Below are positions 25,496 through 37,030 of a stretch of 64,000 bases of DNA, in pieces. The stretch lies in the NCBI GenBank assembly GCA_951406725.2, contig OX597833.1, positions 55,614,001 to 55,678,000 of the forward strand. The letters run 5' to 3'. The notes beneath the pieces were generated by a model. The model saw only the letters and a list, made by a program, of their open reading frames with translations, did not search any database and had not been told where the DNA came from. Source of the DNA: Octopus vulgaris (Eukaryota). The position numbers were made by a program, and so were the translations under genes. Position 1 is the first letter of the stretch; each line of letters opens with the position of its first letter.

Positions 25496-26066
25496 GAGAT
25501 CCTCCCGGCGTGGTCGTTTCTGGGTTTTCATCGATGGAAGTTAGTGATAGACGACGTGTTGTCCTCGATTCATTCGATGGCCGTAGCAAATTGTCCATAT
25601 TTATATAATCATTCCTAGCTTCATTCGATGTCCGTAGCGAACTGTCCATATCTAGATAATTACCCCTAGCTTCATTCGATGTCTGTAGCGAACTGTCCAC
25701 AACTAGATAATTACCCCTCGCTTCATTCGATGTCCGTAACGAATTGTCCATATCTAGATAATCACTGCCCGATTCATTCGATCTCCGTAGCGAATTGTCC
25801 ATAATTAGATAATTACTCGTAGAACTATCTGCATAATTATCTTCATCATCCGTATAATTATCTTCATTATCTGCAGAACTACCTCCGTTGTCCACAAAAC
25901 TACTTTCGTTGTCCACAGAACTACCTTCGTTGTCCACAGAAATACCTTCGTTGTCCACAGAATTAACTGGATTAGTTCTTTCCGGGTTCTCCATTATTTC
26001 TTCGTATATATTTTCCGTTTGCTGGTTTTCTTCGTATACATCGTCCATTTGCTGATTTGAAGCCAT
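25026..26066 (-). CDS. Uncharacterised four-TM protein, paralog 5, with expanded Tyr-motif tail (346 aa)
   Basis: Starts MASNQQ; contains YEEI, 7-aa and 20-aa tandem repeats with YxxM, RRLSL, polyQ, then a divergent 4TM domain ending NFSAV. Upstream cassette at 26185-26295. Confidence 0.85.
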
Positions 26067-26334
26067 CTGAATGAAAAGTTTCCCCCTCTCGCTCTTCAAT
26101 ATTAGCAGTTGCCTATGTTTTGTATTTGTTACTTAAAAAAACGACACTAAAAACTCAGCAACACTTTCGTTTGATTTAAATATATAATCTTAAATAAACT
26201 ATTCCATCGTTTCGTCTTGGGTCTTTCTATTTTCTTTGGTCGATCAAAATTTCATGAATGCAGATCATTGTAAGCTACGAAACGGTTTCAATTCATAGCT
26301 AACGTTATCAAATTTCTTCTAATGTCAATGTTTC

Positions 26335-27800
26335 TTATTTCTTTATTACCCACAAGGGGCTAAACATAGAGGGGACAAACAAAGACAGACAAAGGGATTA
26401 AGTCGATTACATCGACCCCAGTGCGTAACTGGTACTTAATTTATCGACCTCGAAAGGATGAAAGGCAAAGTCGACCTCGGCGGAATTTGAACTCAGAACG
26501 TAGTGGCAGACGAAATACCTATTTCTTTACTACCCACAAGGGGCTAAACATAGAGGGGACAAACAAAGACAGACAAAGGGATTAAGTCGATTACATCGAC
26601 CCCAGTGCGTAACTGGTACTTAATTTATCGACCTCGAAAGGATGAAAGGCAAAGTCGACCTCGGCGGAATTTGAACTCAGAACGTAGTGGCAGACGAAAT
26701 ACCTATTTCTTTACTACCCACAAGGGGCTACACACAGAGAGGACAGACAAGGAGATTAAGTCGATTACATCGACCCCAGTGCGTAACTGGTACTTAATTT
26801 ATCGACCCCGAAAGGATGAAAGGCAAAGTCGACCTCGGCGGAATTTGAACTCAGAACGTAGTGGCAGACGAAATACCTATTTCTTTACTACCCACAAGGG
26901 GCTACACACAGAGAGGACAGACAAGGAGATTAAGTCGATTACATCGACCCCAGTGTGTAACTGGTACTTAATTTATCGACCTCGAAAGGATGAAAGGCAA
27001 AGTCGACCTCGGCGGAATTTGAACTCAGAACGTAGTGGCAGACGAAATACCTATTTCTTTACTACCCACAAGGGGCTACACACAGAGAGGACAGACAAGG
27101 AGATTAAGTCGATTACATCGACCCCAGTGTGTAACTGGTACTTAATTTATCGACCCCGAAAGGATGAAAGGCAAAGTCGACCTCGGCGGAATTTGAACTC
27201 AGAACGTAGTGGCAGACGAAATACCTATTTCTTTACTACCCACAAGGGGCTACACACAGAGAGGACAGACAAGGAGATTAAGTCGATTACATCGACCCCA
27301 GTGCGTAACTGGTACTTAATTTATCGACCTCGAAAGGATGAAAGGCAAAGTCGACCTCGGCGGAATTTGAACTCAGAACGTAGTGGCAGACGAAATACCT
27401 ATTTCTTTACTACCCACAAGGGGCTACACACAGAGAGGACAGACAAGGAGATTAAGTCGATTACATCGACCCCAGTGTGTAACTGGTACTTAATTTATCG
27501 ACCCCGAAAAGATGAAAGGCAAAGTCGACCTCGGCGGAATTTGAACTCAGAACGTAGTGGCAGACGAAATACCTATTTCTTTACTACCCACAAGGGCTAC
27601 ACACAGAGAGGACAGACAAGGAGATTAAGTCGATTACATCGACCCCAGTGTGTAACTGGTACTTAATTTATCGACCCCGAAAGGATGAAAGGCAAAGTCG
27701 ACCTCGGCGGAATTTGAACTCAGAACGTAGCGGCAGCCGAAACACCGCTAAGCATTTCACCCGGCGTGCTAACGTTTCTGCCAGCTCGTCGCCTTAATTG
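26335..27800 (-). mobile_element. Concatemer of 8 SINE family A units
   Basis: Units start at about 26336, 26520, 26704, 26878, 27052, 27226, 27400 and 27574 (184/174-bp period). Only the last has the tRNA-like head. 19-bp TSD CTTCTAATGTCAATGTTTC at 26316-26334 and 27801-27819. Confidence 0.9.
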
Positions 27801-27979
27801 CTTCTAATGTCAATGTTTCGGGAGCAGGATGGATACGAGAACTCGTTTCCAAAGAAATGTGTGCACTTTTTCCGGCGACGCCTTGCTTCATTGTTCTACA
27901 CGGGTGGTTATACAGATACAGTAATGGATTTTACAACCAAACTCGACGGCCCACCTTGACTCACGGTGGAATGGATGGA

Positions 27980-28360
27980 AGCACTCTGTCGGTTACGACG
28001 ATGAGGGTTCCGGTTGATCCGAATCAACGGAACAGCCTGCTCGTGAAATTAACGTGTAAGTGGCTGAGCACTCCACAGACACGTGCACCCTTAACGTAGT
28101 TCTCGGGGATATTCAGCGTGACACAGAGAGTGACAAGGCCGGCCCCTTGAAATACAGGTACAACAGAAACAGGAAGTACGAGTGAGAGAAAGTTGTGGTG
28201 AAAGAGTACAGCAGGGATCACCACCATCCCCTGCCGGAGCCTCGTGGAGCTTTTTAGGTGTTTTCGCTCAATAAACACTCACAACGCCCGGTCTGGGAAT
28301 CGAAACCGCGATCCTATGACCGCGAGTCCGCTGCCCTAACCACTGGGCCATTGCGCCTCC
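27980..28360 (-). mobile_element. tRNA-derived SINE (family C)
   Basis: Reverse complement of GGCGCAATGGCCCAGTGGTTAGGGCAGCGGACTCGCGG..GGTTTCGATTCCC. Confidence 0.8.
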
Positions 28361-28511
28361 ACTCAACATTTTATAATAGTCTGATACATTAATATTATTG
28401 TTTGTTTTCAAATTACCAGAACTTATCATAAATAGTATTTCTTTTTTGTTCATTTTAATTTCGAAGTATTTCACTTTATCTTCGTAATTATCCAATTTCT
28501 TTTTATCAGAT

Positions 28512-28845
28512 ACGAGCAGTATCGCCCGGCGTTGCTCGGGTTTGTAAGGGAAATAACTATATAAGCATTTTTAGAGAGTTATAGCCAAAAAATAGCAAAG
28601 AAATGCATTAAAAATGGAAAAAAAATGATGGTAAATTTTTTTAAAATCGTTGACTCACCGTAGACATTTTTAGAGAGTTACTTCCCTTTTATAATAGCGA
28701 AAAAATGCATTAAAATGGAAAAAAATGATGGTAATTTTTTTTTTAAATCGTAGACTCATCGTATACGCGCGCTAATACCCAGAAGGGATCGATATGAATC
28801 ACGACTATAAGATACCCGGTTTTGGTTAAACTGCACCGCAAAATG
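28512..28845 (-). mobile_element. Non-autonomous Helitron fragment
   Basis: GCAGTATCGCCCGGCGTTGCTCGGG hairpin end; same family as 45577 and 63070. Confidence 0.65.
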
Positions 28846-29524
28846 TGGGTTATCAAGCAATGCTAGGGGGACAAACACAGACACACAAAAATATACACAC
28901 ACATACATATATATATATATATACATATATACGACGAGCTTCTTTCAGTTTCCGTCTACCAAATCCACTCACTGGTCGGTCCGAGGCTCTAGTAGAAGAC
29001 ACTTGCCCAATGTGCCACGCAGTGGGACTGAAATCGGAACCATGTGGTTGGGAAGCAAGCTACTTACCACACAGCCACCCCTGCGCCTGGGAATACTTTT
29101 CTTCTTTCGTGTCACCAATGTCACCTTGAAAAGCGTTACGGTCGTTACTTTTTTACCCAGTATGGACGACGCGTAGAAGAGGAATTGAGACAGGTAAATT
29201 CATGTCCGGGCGCGGGTTGATTAGTTTTTTTCAACTATCACCTGAGGAGTAAGATCCGTCTGGAGAGGAAATTCCTGTCTCAAGGTATGTTCGGGAAAAG
29301 ATGGACGCCTGTCGTAAGAATGATGCGAGAGGAAGGTGCCGAGCCGGTGTAGCCAGTCCGAAAGGGGGGGGAAAAAAAAGGAAAAAAACAAAAGTGAAAA
29401 GAACCGGTCGATTGATTGGAACTCTAATCATTCGATTTCATATCAATTATATATTCTTCTCGATTTCCGAATTTTATAAAATTTTTAAATTTCGCTTTAT
29501 TTTTTGAATTTATACCGATTTAGA

Positions 29525-30052
29525 GAAGACTTTTGCGGATTCCATGGACAGCGAGGCTCACCAATGGAGAAGTTCTTAAGCAGATAAGGCCGATAATGTC
29601 GCTAGAATCTGGGATCACCAAGCGTAGATTGGCACATTTCGGTCATATTATGCGGAGAAAATCCCTGGAGAAGGACATCATGCTCGGAATGGTCAGTGGC
29701 AAGAGAGGAAGAGGCCGGCCAAGAACCCGCTGGCTTGACACTATCGGGAGTGATAACGGAATGGACATGACCAATCTGAAGGAAGCGGCCCAGGATAGAA
29801 CTGACTGGAGGAGGACACTGATCCACGGTCATATTATGCGGAGAGAATCCCTGGAGAAGGACATCATGCTCAGAATGGTCAGCGGCAAGAGAGGAAGAGG
29901 CCGACCAAGAACCCGCTGGCTTGACACTATCGGGAGTGATAACGGAATGGACATGACCAATCTGAAGGAAGCGGCCCAGGATAGAACTGACTGGAGGACA
30001 CTGATCCATGGAGTAACCGAGAGTCGACTTCGACCGAGCGGATAGAGAGAGA
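29525..30052 (+). mobile_element. RTE-clade LINE 3' end with internal 186-bp tandem duplication
   Basis: RIPWTAR.TN.EVL..RRLAHFGHIMRR..GKRGRGRPRTRWLD; the segment repeats at 29641 and 29827. Confidence 0.85.
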
Positions 30053-30307
30053 TTGTAACATCGTTTTATGTTGTGATGTCCTTGTTCGTCCCCTTCTATA
30101 TAAGTCTTCAATAGACAAATAAAGAAAATGGTTACACTTTTACTATCATTTTCAGATATCATTCATATTATCATATTTTAATTTGTTCTTCATGTGCATT
30201 TTCATGTTCATTCATTATATCGTATTTTATTTTTTAATTGTTATATGTCCCCACATGTGTTGTAGTGTCCCCCTCTGTGTATTGCCTTTATGGCAAATTT
30301 AATAAAA

Positions 30308-30573
30308 TAATGTAAAGTATAGAAGCCATCTTATCATGGCTAACCACATTGGGGAGGGGGTGTTACTGTAGCTTTATAGCCCCAAGAGATCGTCGTCTCT
30401 GCCCCTTGAAGTATTTGCAAAGGGAGGCCATCCCTTTGCAAATACTTCAAGGGCACTGATATGGCGTCTAAAGCCAGCTAGAGACGACGATCTCTTGGGG
30501 CTATAAAGCTACAGTAACACCCCCTCCCCAATGTGGTTAGCCATGATAAGATGGCTTCTATACTTTACATTAT
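30308..30573. mobile_element. Fold-back/MITE-like element with nested inverted repeats
   Basis: About 92-bp near-perfect outer arms around an inner ~24-bp-arm hairpin. Confidence 0.75.
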
Positions 30574-31129
30574 CGAGCGATTACTGTTTCAATCTCACTC
30601 TGAGATTTAATTATGCTTAATAAAATAATGTTACTCTTTTACTAAGCCATAAAACATGACATGAAATGTTTCCAGTCTTGAAATTGAAACCAGGAGGTGT
30701 TTGCCGCTTGTCACGACTTTACCTTTTGCTCTGCAAACTTTCATAAACATTTATAATATTGATTCTTGTGCCTAAGAACACAGACTTTATTAAGAAAGGG
30801 AAAGTGAGAGGATGTAGTGTTTATATATTTCAAACGGCATCTTGAAGCGTAAGTGAAGTTTGATATCGTCAACAAAGAACTGAAACCGTATCGTGGATTT
30901 GAATGATTTGCGTGCAAGAAATTTTGATTAATTTATGAAAATAAAAAAGATGAAAGTCGAAACTGATGGAAGAGTTTATTTAAGGTCACTTTTCTTTTTT
31001 TAAATTCAAGGAGAAATACAGTTGAATTTTAATCGTTTCTTCAGCAATAAATGCTAAACATGATAAAGTGTTACAATTTCGGAGAGAGGAAAATTTTCAT
31101 GTAAGTTGGCTTCAAATAGGCAAAAGAAT

Positions 31130-32053
31130 ATGTCCCAAGAAATAATGGAGGGTTCAGAAAGAATTGAAGACTTTGAAAGAACAGATGATTCCGAAAGACT
31201 AGAAGTCTCTGAAAAACTAGAAGGCGCTGAACGACTGGAAGGCGCTGAACGGCTGGAAGGCGCTGAACGACTGGAAGGCGCTGAACGGCTGGAAGGCGCT
31301 GAACGGCTGGAAGGCGCTGAACGGTTAGAAGGCGCTGAACGGTTAGAAGGCGCTGAACGGTTAGAAGGCGCTGAACGGTTAGAAGGCGCTGAACGGTTAG
31401 AAGACGCTGAACGGCTAGAAGGCGCTGAAATACTAGATTATTATGAAAGAATGGGATATTTTGGAACAATGGTGGATTCTGAAACAACTGATGGAGATGA
31501 CCCTATGGATATTTTGAGCTTTGATCCAACTCGGAACCATATAATAATATACCCAGGGGATAGGAGGCCAATACGTCGTTCGTCATTTTCTTCCTATCTC
31601 GGTAGTGAGGAAAACATAGAAATGACTGCGCCAGGAGAATCTCCACAAAACCAACAACAAAATAACAAGTATTCTAATCTACACTGGCTCTATATAGTCG
31701 GTTATTTAGTGTTGGGTTTGGTCTGTCTATCCTGTGGCATTGTATATCTGTTGCAACTCGTTCGCAATTTTAAAAATATGACTGAGATTTGGAGTTTTAT
31801 TCTCGACATAGTTATATTGTGCAACTCGTTGGCAATCCTCTTCATTGTTTTCCCGGCTTCGAAGCGAAGAACGGTTTTCCCAAATCGCTCTCTTGTCCAC
31901 TGTCTCCTATGTACTTTATTCAATCTGGTGTCTTCAACCATAATCTTCTATTATCATTACGATTGGATAATGTCAGTCGTTCTTGTCAGTAGTATCATAC
32001 TTTTGGTTCTGTTTACTCTACCGGGCACGAGATCGAATTTTACAGTGCTTTAA
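31130..32053 (+). CDS. Uncharacterised four-TM protein, paralog 6, with (LEGAER)n tail (307 aa)
   Basis: 18-bp tandem repeats at 31200-31430; RRSSF..SEENIEMTAPG; 4TM domain ending NFTVL; upstream cassette at 30875-30985. Confidence 0.87.
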   Translation: MSQEIMEGSERIEDFERTDDSERLEVSEKLEGAERLEGAERLEGAERLEGAERLEGAERLEGAERLEGAERLEGAERLEGAERLEGAERLEDAERLEGAEILDYYERMGYFGTMVDSETTDGDDPMDILSFDPTRNHIIIYPGDRRPIRRSSFSSYLGSEENIEMTAPGESPQNQQQNNKYSNLHWLYIVGYLVLGLVCLSCGIVYLLQLVRNFKNMTEIWSFILDIVILCNSLAILFIVFPASKRRTVFPNRSLVHCLLCTLFNLVSSTIIFYYHYDWIMSVVLVSSIILLVLFTLPGTRSNFTVL

Positions 32054-32983
32054 AATCTATAACCAACTTCGACTTGATACATTCGATCTCTTTTATTTCT
32101 TTCATCATTATTTTCTGTGTAGTCTGTCATAAATTTTAAATATTTCAGTTTATTTTTAATAATTGTAGATAAAACGTGACCTAATAACAGTGGCTACGCT
32201 GTTACAGATTAATTTTCTTTCCATTTTATTAATTTTAAAATTCTTTAATTTCATTGTCAATTCTTATCCATGTCATATTGAATTTTACACCCTGAACTTT
32301 ACAGAAAATTTTTAACACTTTACATAGTATAAGAAATGTATGATTTTAATCCTAATATTCATATTACATGAACAGAGACCGACTTACAACGGATCTCATA
32401 ACACATCCGAATAGCTACTACTGCAGAAAGGTCAAGATTCCCATCGCCATTCTGCAGACAGATCGTTAAGAAATAATTTTTAACTGACGCAAACCATCAT
32501 TAGTTTCTTCGTACGAAGATATGTCACCACTTATTGTCTTCTAATGAAGTTCTTCACGACTGGTGTCTAAAAGTTGACATTTTACTTTGATAGCCTCAGA
32601 CACGCATTTCTTTAATAGATACTGGAAGGATAAAGGATATAGCGTTCATATAATTTTCATTTTCAAGGAATAAATTTTCAATGGCAGTTGAACTTTGAAT
32701 AGAAAACGAGTCGGATTCGAACGTCTTGCATGCAAGCAACTGTGATTGACTACAGAAAGAAAAGTGAAGAATAGTTCGTTTAAGACGATTATTTTTTTCT
32801 TCTTATAAATTACAAAAACAAGGGAACCAATTGTCTCCCTACTACAAAACATGGTTAAATGTTGAAGTGGAGAAAGTTTTTTCATTTCGTTTCAAGTATA
32901 TAAGGAAGATAATTTCCTCAGAAATAACAAACGATTATGTTAGAGCTTATACTCCAACGAAGACCATTAACATTGCAAGTATC

Positions 32984-33376
32984 AGATCTTTTCGGTTTGA
33001 ACGGCAGTTTTTTTCTAGCGGTGTCATATGAAATTGTCACCCATAATTATGACCCTAGAATCGATCTATTGCATTTCAATCTGTTTTAGGGTTAGAAGTG
33101 AGGGGAAGGGTATCTTTTTTTTTTCTTCAGAAATGTAAATAAACCCAATCCGTTTCTTAAACGAAGGATATATTCATACGGCACAGAATGTTGTTGTTTT
33201 TTACCTGAATAGACGTCATCGATTGGTTGAAATTGCAGAAATTGAAGAAAAAAAAAACAACAAATATCTTATAAACTATAGAATTTTCTCAAAGCCAAGA
33301 GAAAAAGAATACGAAGTTTAAAATTTTTTAGTTACCTAGAAATTGTTAAAAACTGCCGTTCAAACCGAAAAGATCC
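32984..33376. mobile_element. GGATC-TIR MITE
   Basis: Both TIRs present; flanked by a ~115-bp direct repeat. Confidence 0.8.
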
Positions 33377-34303
33377 AAGAAAGTTTTTCATTTCGTTTAA
33401 AGTATATAAGGAAGATAATTTCCTCAGAAATAACAAACGATTATGTTGGAGCTTATACCCCAACGAAGTACATTAACATATTGCAAGTACCTACATTTCA
33501 CTAAAAACCTTGAATGATTTTATGTCCATACTATTCTCTTAATCGTACTCTACCTTGTGGAAAGCGAGCTCAAACTGGTGATCGGGGCTATGCTGCAATA
33601 GCAACGTTGCTTCCCAAACTATTTATCTCTTTTGCCTGTGGTGGTTCTTTCTCAGTATAAACCCTCATTCACAATATATGTAAATCCATCCGGTTTTTCA
33701 CCCTGTATGTAAGAAGCGAGTTTGTACCCTGAATGTCCCTTGTCTGTCCTTGTAATGTCCTCTCTATGTAAAACCTTTATAGGTTAATAAAGAAATATCT
33801 TTCTCGGTATAAAGACTTCGTTACCCACCACCACATTTCAAGTTAGCTCCTTGCAATCTAAAATTGATTTCAACTTTCAAGTTAGCTCCTTGCAGTCTAA
33901 AATCGATTTCAACTTTCCACCCGGGAGTAGCCTGATCCTGGTTTCAGATCACTCTTGCACTGTTCACATCCCACCACCCGCTTCTCTGATTTCCCTAAAA
34001 TGATAAATTCTAACGCTTATGTGTTTATAGCATTAAACACGTATAACTTTCAAGATTGTAAGCCGACCTTAAAGTGTAAACAAAAAGATATTGGAATTCA
34101 AATATCATAACATTTTTCGATGATGCTTTAAAAAAAATATTAAGTCGGCAATTTTTTTTTTTGTTTAAATAAAGACATTTTTTTCCTCCAGTAAATGTGT
34201 TTCGTTTGTATTTGAAGTGTGTATGTATATATTTTTTGTTTGCATTTGGAAGCATTTGTTTTACTTAATGATAACTTAAAATCGTTATTTCAGTTCAAAT
34301 GTA

Positions 34304-34930
34304 GGATCTTTTCCTTTTGAACGGCAGACAATTTCTAGTTAACTAAACACTTTAAAACTTCGTATACTGGTAGAATGTGTCAAAAGAAAAAACATTTTTT
34401 CCTCTTGGCTTTCTTGAGAAAATTGTAATTTGTTTGTTTAACGTAGTTTAATTTTTCGAATTTTAACCAATCCTATGCTCTCTTTTGAGCTAAAATCATT
34501 TGTTGCGTCTAAAACTGAGACAACATCCTGCAACTAACCCTAAACCTCCCCCGTAACCCTAATTTTTTTTTCTTAATTGTTAAATTAATTTAATTGTCAC
34601 ACGTGTAAAAAAAAACTAAAGCAATGGAATTAAATTAATTTAACAATTAAGAAAAAAATTAGGGTTAGGGGGAGGTTTAGGGTTAGTTACAGGATGTTGT
34701 CTCAGTTTTAGACGCAGCAAATGATTTTAGTTGAATGGAGGTAATCGATTGGTTAAAATTGCCGAAATGCTCGGATTTTCAGACGAAATATCTTACGAAC
34801 TATAGAATTTTCTCTATAAAACCAAGAGAAAATGATGTTTTATAAACACATTCTACCAGTATACGAAGTTTAAAAGTGTTTAGTTTACTGGAAATTGTGT
34901 TGACATCTGCCGTTCAAAAGGAAAAGATCC
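34304..34930. mobile_element. Related MITE subfamily with internal palindrome
   Basis: TIR GGATCTTTTCCTTTTGAACGGCAGA; perfect 8-bp TSD CAAATGTA; inverted repeat at about 34490-34730. Confidence 0.88.
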
Positions 34931-35188
34931 CAAATGTATTAGAGATAAAAATGTAATCATATATATTTATATATTCCAAATGCGATCGAAATAAATATCT
35001 TACTGAACTAAATGCATTAAAACATACTTTAAATGCATACAAAGTCCCTTGTATTAAAAGAATAGTACAGTCGCTGTCATCTCAGTCCACCATGTCACCT
35101 TGTCAGTTGGTGACCTCTTGACTCTGTATAACTTTTTGTTGCATATAATTTGATGTGTATGTGTGTGTATATATATATACATAAAAGG

Positions 35189-35545
35189 GGGCGCAATGGC
35201 CCAGTGGTTAGGGCAGCGGACTCGCGGTCGTAGGATCGCGGTTTCGATTCCCAGACCGGGCGTTGTGAGTGTTTATTGAGCGAAAACACCTAAAGCTCCA
35301 CGAGGCTCCGGCAGAGGATGGTGGTGATCCCTGCTGTACTCTTTCACCACACTTTCTCTCACTCTTACTTCCTGTTTCTGTTGTACCTGTATTTCACCTG
35401 TGTCACGCTGAATATCCCCGAGAACTACGTTAAGGGTGCACGTGTCTGTGGAGTGCTCAGCCACTTACACGTTAATTTCACGAGCAGGCTGTCCCGTTGA
35501 TCGGATCAACCGGAACCCTCATCGGCGTAACCGACGGAGTGCTTC
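35189..35545 (+). mobile_element. SINE family C
   Basis: tRNA-like head; near-identical to 27980-28360; flanked by ATACATAAAAGG direct repeats. Confidence 0.8.
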
Positions 35546-36374
35546 TTCATACATAAAAGGACGGGAATGATTACCAAAAAAGGAAACCAACCACCGGGTT
35601 AGTTCACTAACCTGAAAAACAGTGATAAATTAACATCTATATTTTTAACCTCACATTATCCGTCATACATATCTATAAACCTATTCGTTTTCAATCTTTT
35701 GTAAAGAGTGTGTCTGACCCTTATATGTTCCTTGTCCCCGAGGTCGACTTTGCCTTTCATCCTTTCGGGGTCGATAAATAAAGTACCAGTTTCGTACTGG
35801 GGTCGATGTAATCGACTTAATCCCTTTGTCTGTCTTTGTTTGTCCCCTCTATGTTTAGCCCCTTGTGGGCAGTAAAGAAATATATATGTTCCTTGTCCGT
35901 CCTTTTTTATATTCAGCAACCAATTGTGATATGCTTTTACCAAATTTTTGCAGTTTTTTCAGCTACAACCGATTTAGTGGAAGTTCTAATTCTTTCTCCG
36001 AGATTTACATGTGTTCCCTAACACATACACACGCACATACAAAAAAAACACAATTGCTCATACATTAATATCTCCTTTGACAGAAACCTCTCAAGTTTTT
36101 CTGTAATTTATAAATATATCTTATTAGTTGTAATAAGTTAGAAGAAAAAAAATTTATGAAATAATAAAAATGACACTAGCTAGCGGGATCCGTGAATATT
36201 TCACGGAATTAATGGTAAACTTATTAGGTTGTTTCTGAAAAGATTATCCAAAAAAAGAAAAAAATCTGAAAACGTCGCCTGTGTCGTGTCTGTATAAAAA
36301 AAAATAGTCGCTAATCTGCTAATCACACAAGGGGAAGGAAATTGGAATACGATGATTGCTTAATGCACTTTATA

Positions 36375-37030
36375 TAGCTTGCTTACGAACCACATGGTTC
36401 CGGGTTCAGTCCCACTGCGTGGAACCTTGGGCAAATGTCTTCTACTATAGCCTCGGGCTGACTAAAACCTTGTGAGTGAATTTGGTAGACGGAAACTGAA
36501 AGGAGCCCGTCGTATATATACATGTGTGTGTGTGTGTTTGTCCCCCCAACATCGCTTGACAACCGATGCTGGTGTGTTTATGTCCTGTAACTTAGAGGTT
36601 TCAACAAAAGAGACTGATAGAATAAGTACTAGGCTTGCGAAGAATAAATCCTGGAGTCGATTTGCTCCAGCATGGTCACAGTCAAATGACTGAAGCAAGT
36701 AAAAGAGTAAAAGTATATATATATACATACATATATATATACATACATACACATGGAGGCGCAATGGCCCAGTGGTTAGGGCAGCGGACTCGCGGTCGAA
36801 GGATCGCGATTTCGATTCCCAGACCGGGCGTTGTGTGTGTTTATTGAGCGAAAACATCTAAAGTTCCACGAGGCTCCGGCAGGGGGTGCTGGCGAACCCT
36901 GCTGTACTCTTTCGCCGCAACTTTCTCTCACTCTTTCTTCTGTTGGCCTGCTCGCTTAGCTAAAACAATGCGAAGCGCATTGTGACCAGCGATGTGTACC
37001 AACATCTGATAGCCTGGTCGGTCACGGTGA
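36375..37030 (+). mobile_element. SINE family B followed by a family C variant
   Basis: Family B at 36375-36713; family C head at 36754. Confidence 0.75.

Noticed and set aside
26336-27800. Regular array resembling a CRISPR locus, and the 353-aa ORF 26605-27666
   Set aside because: Units are near-identical along their whole length with no unique spacers and no cas genes. It is a SINE concatemer, and the ORF stays open only because 174 is a multiple of 3.
31071-31487. Minus-strand (VQRLLT)n ORF
   Set aside because: Antisense shadow of the LEGAER repeat in paralog 6.
35189-35262. tRNA gene-like sequence (also at 28290-28360 and 36754-36830)
   Set aside because: Runs on into a conserved SINE body with TSDs; it is a SINE head, not a tRNA gene.
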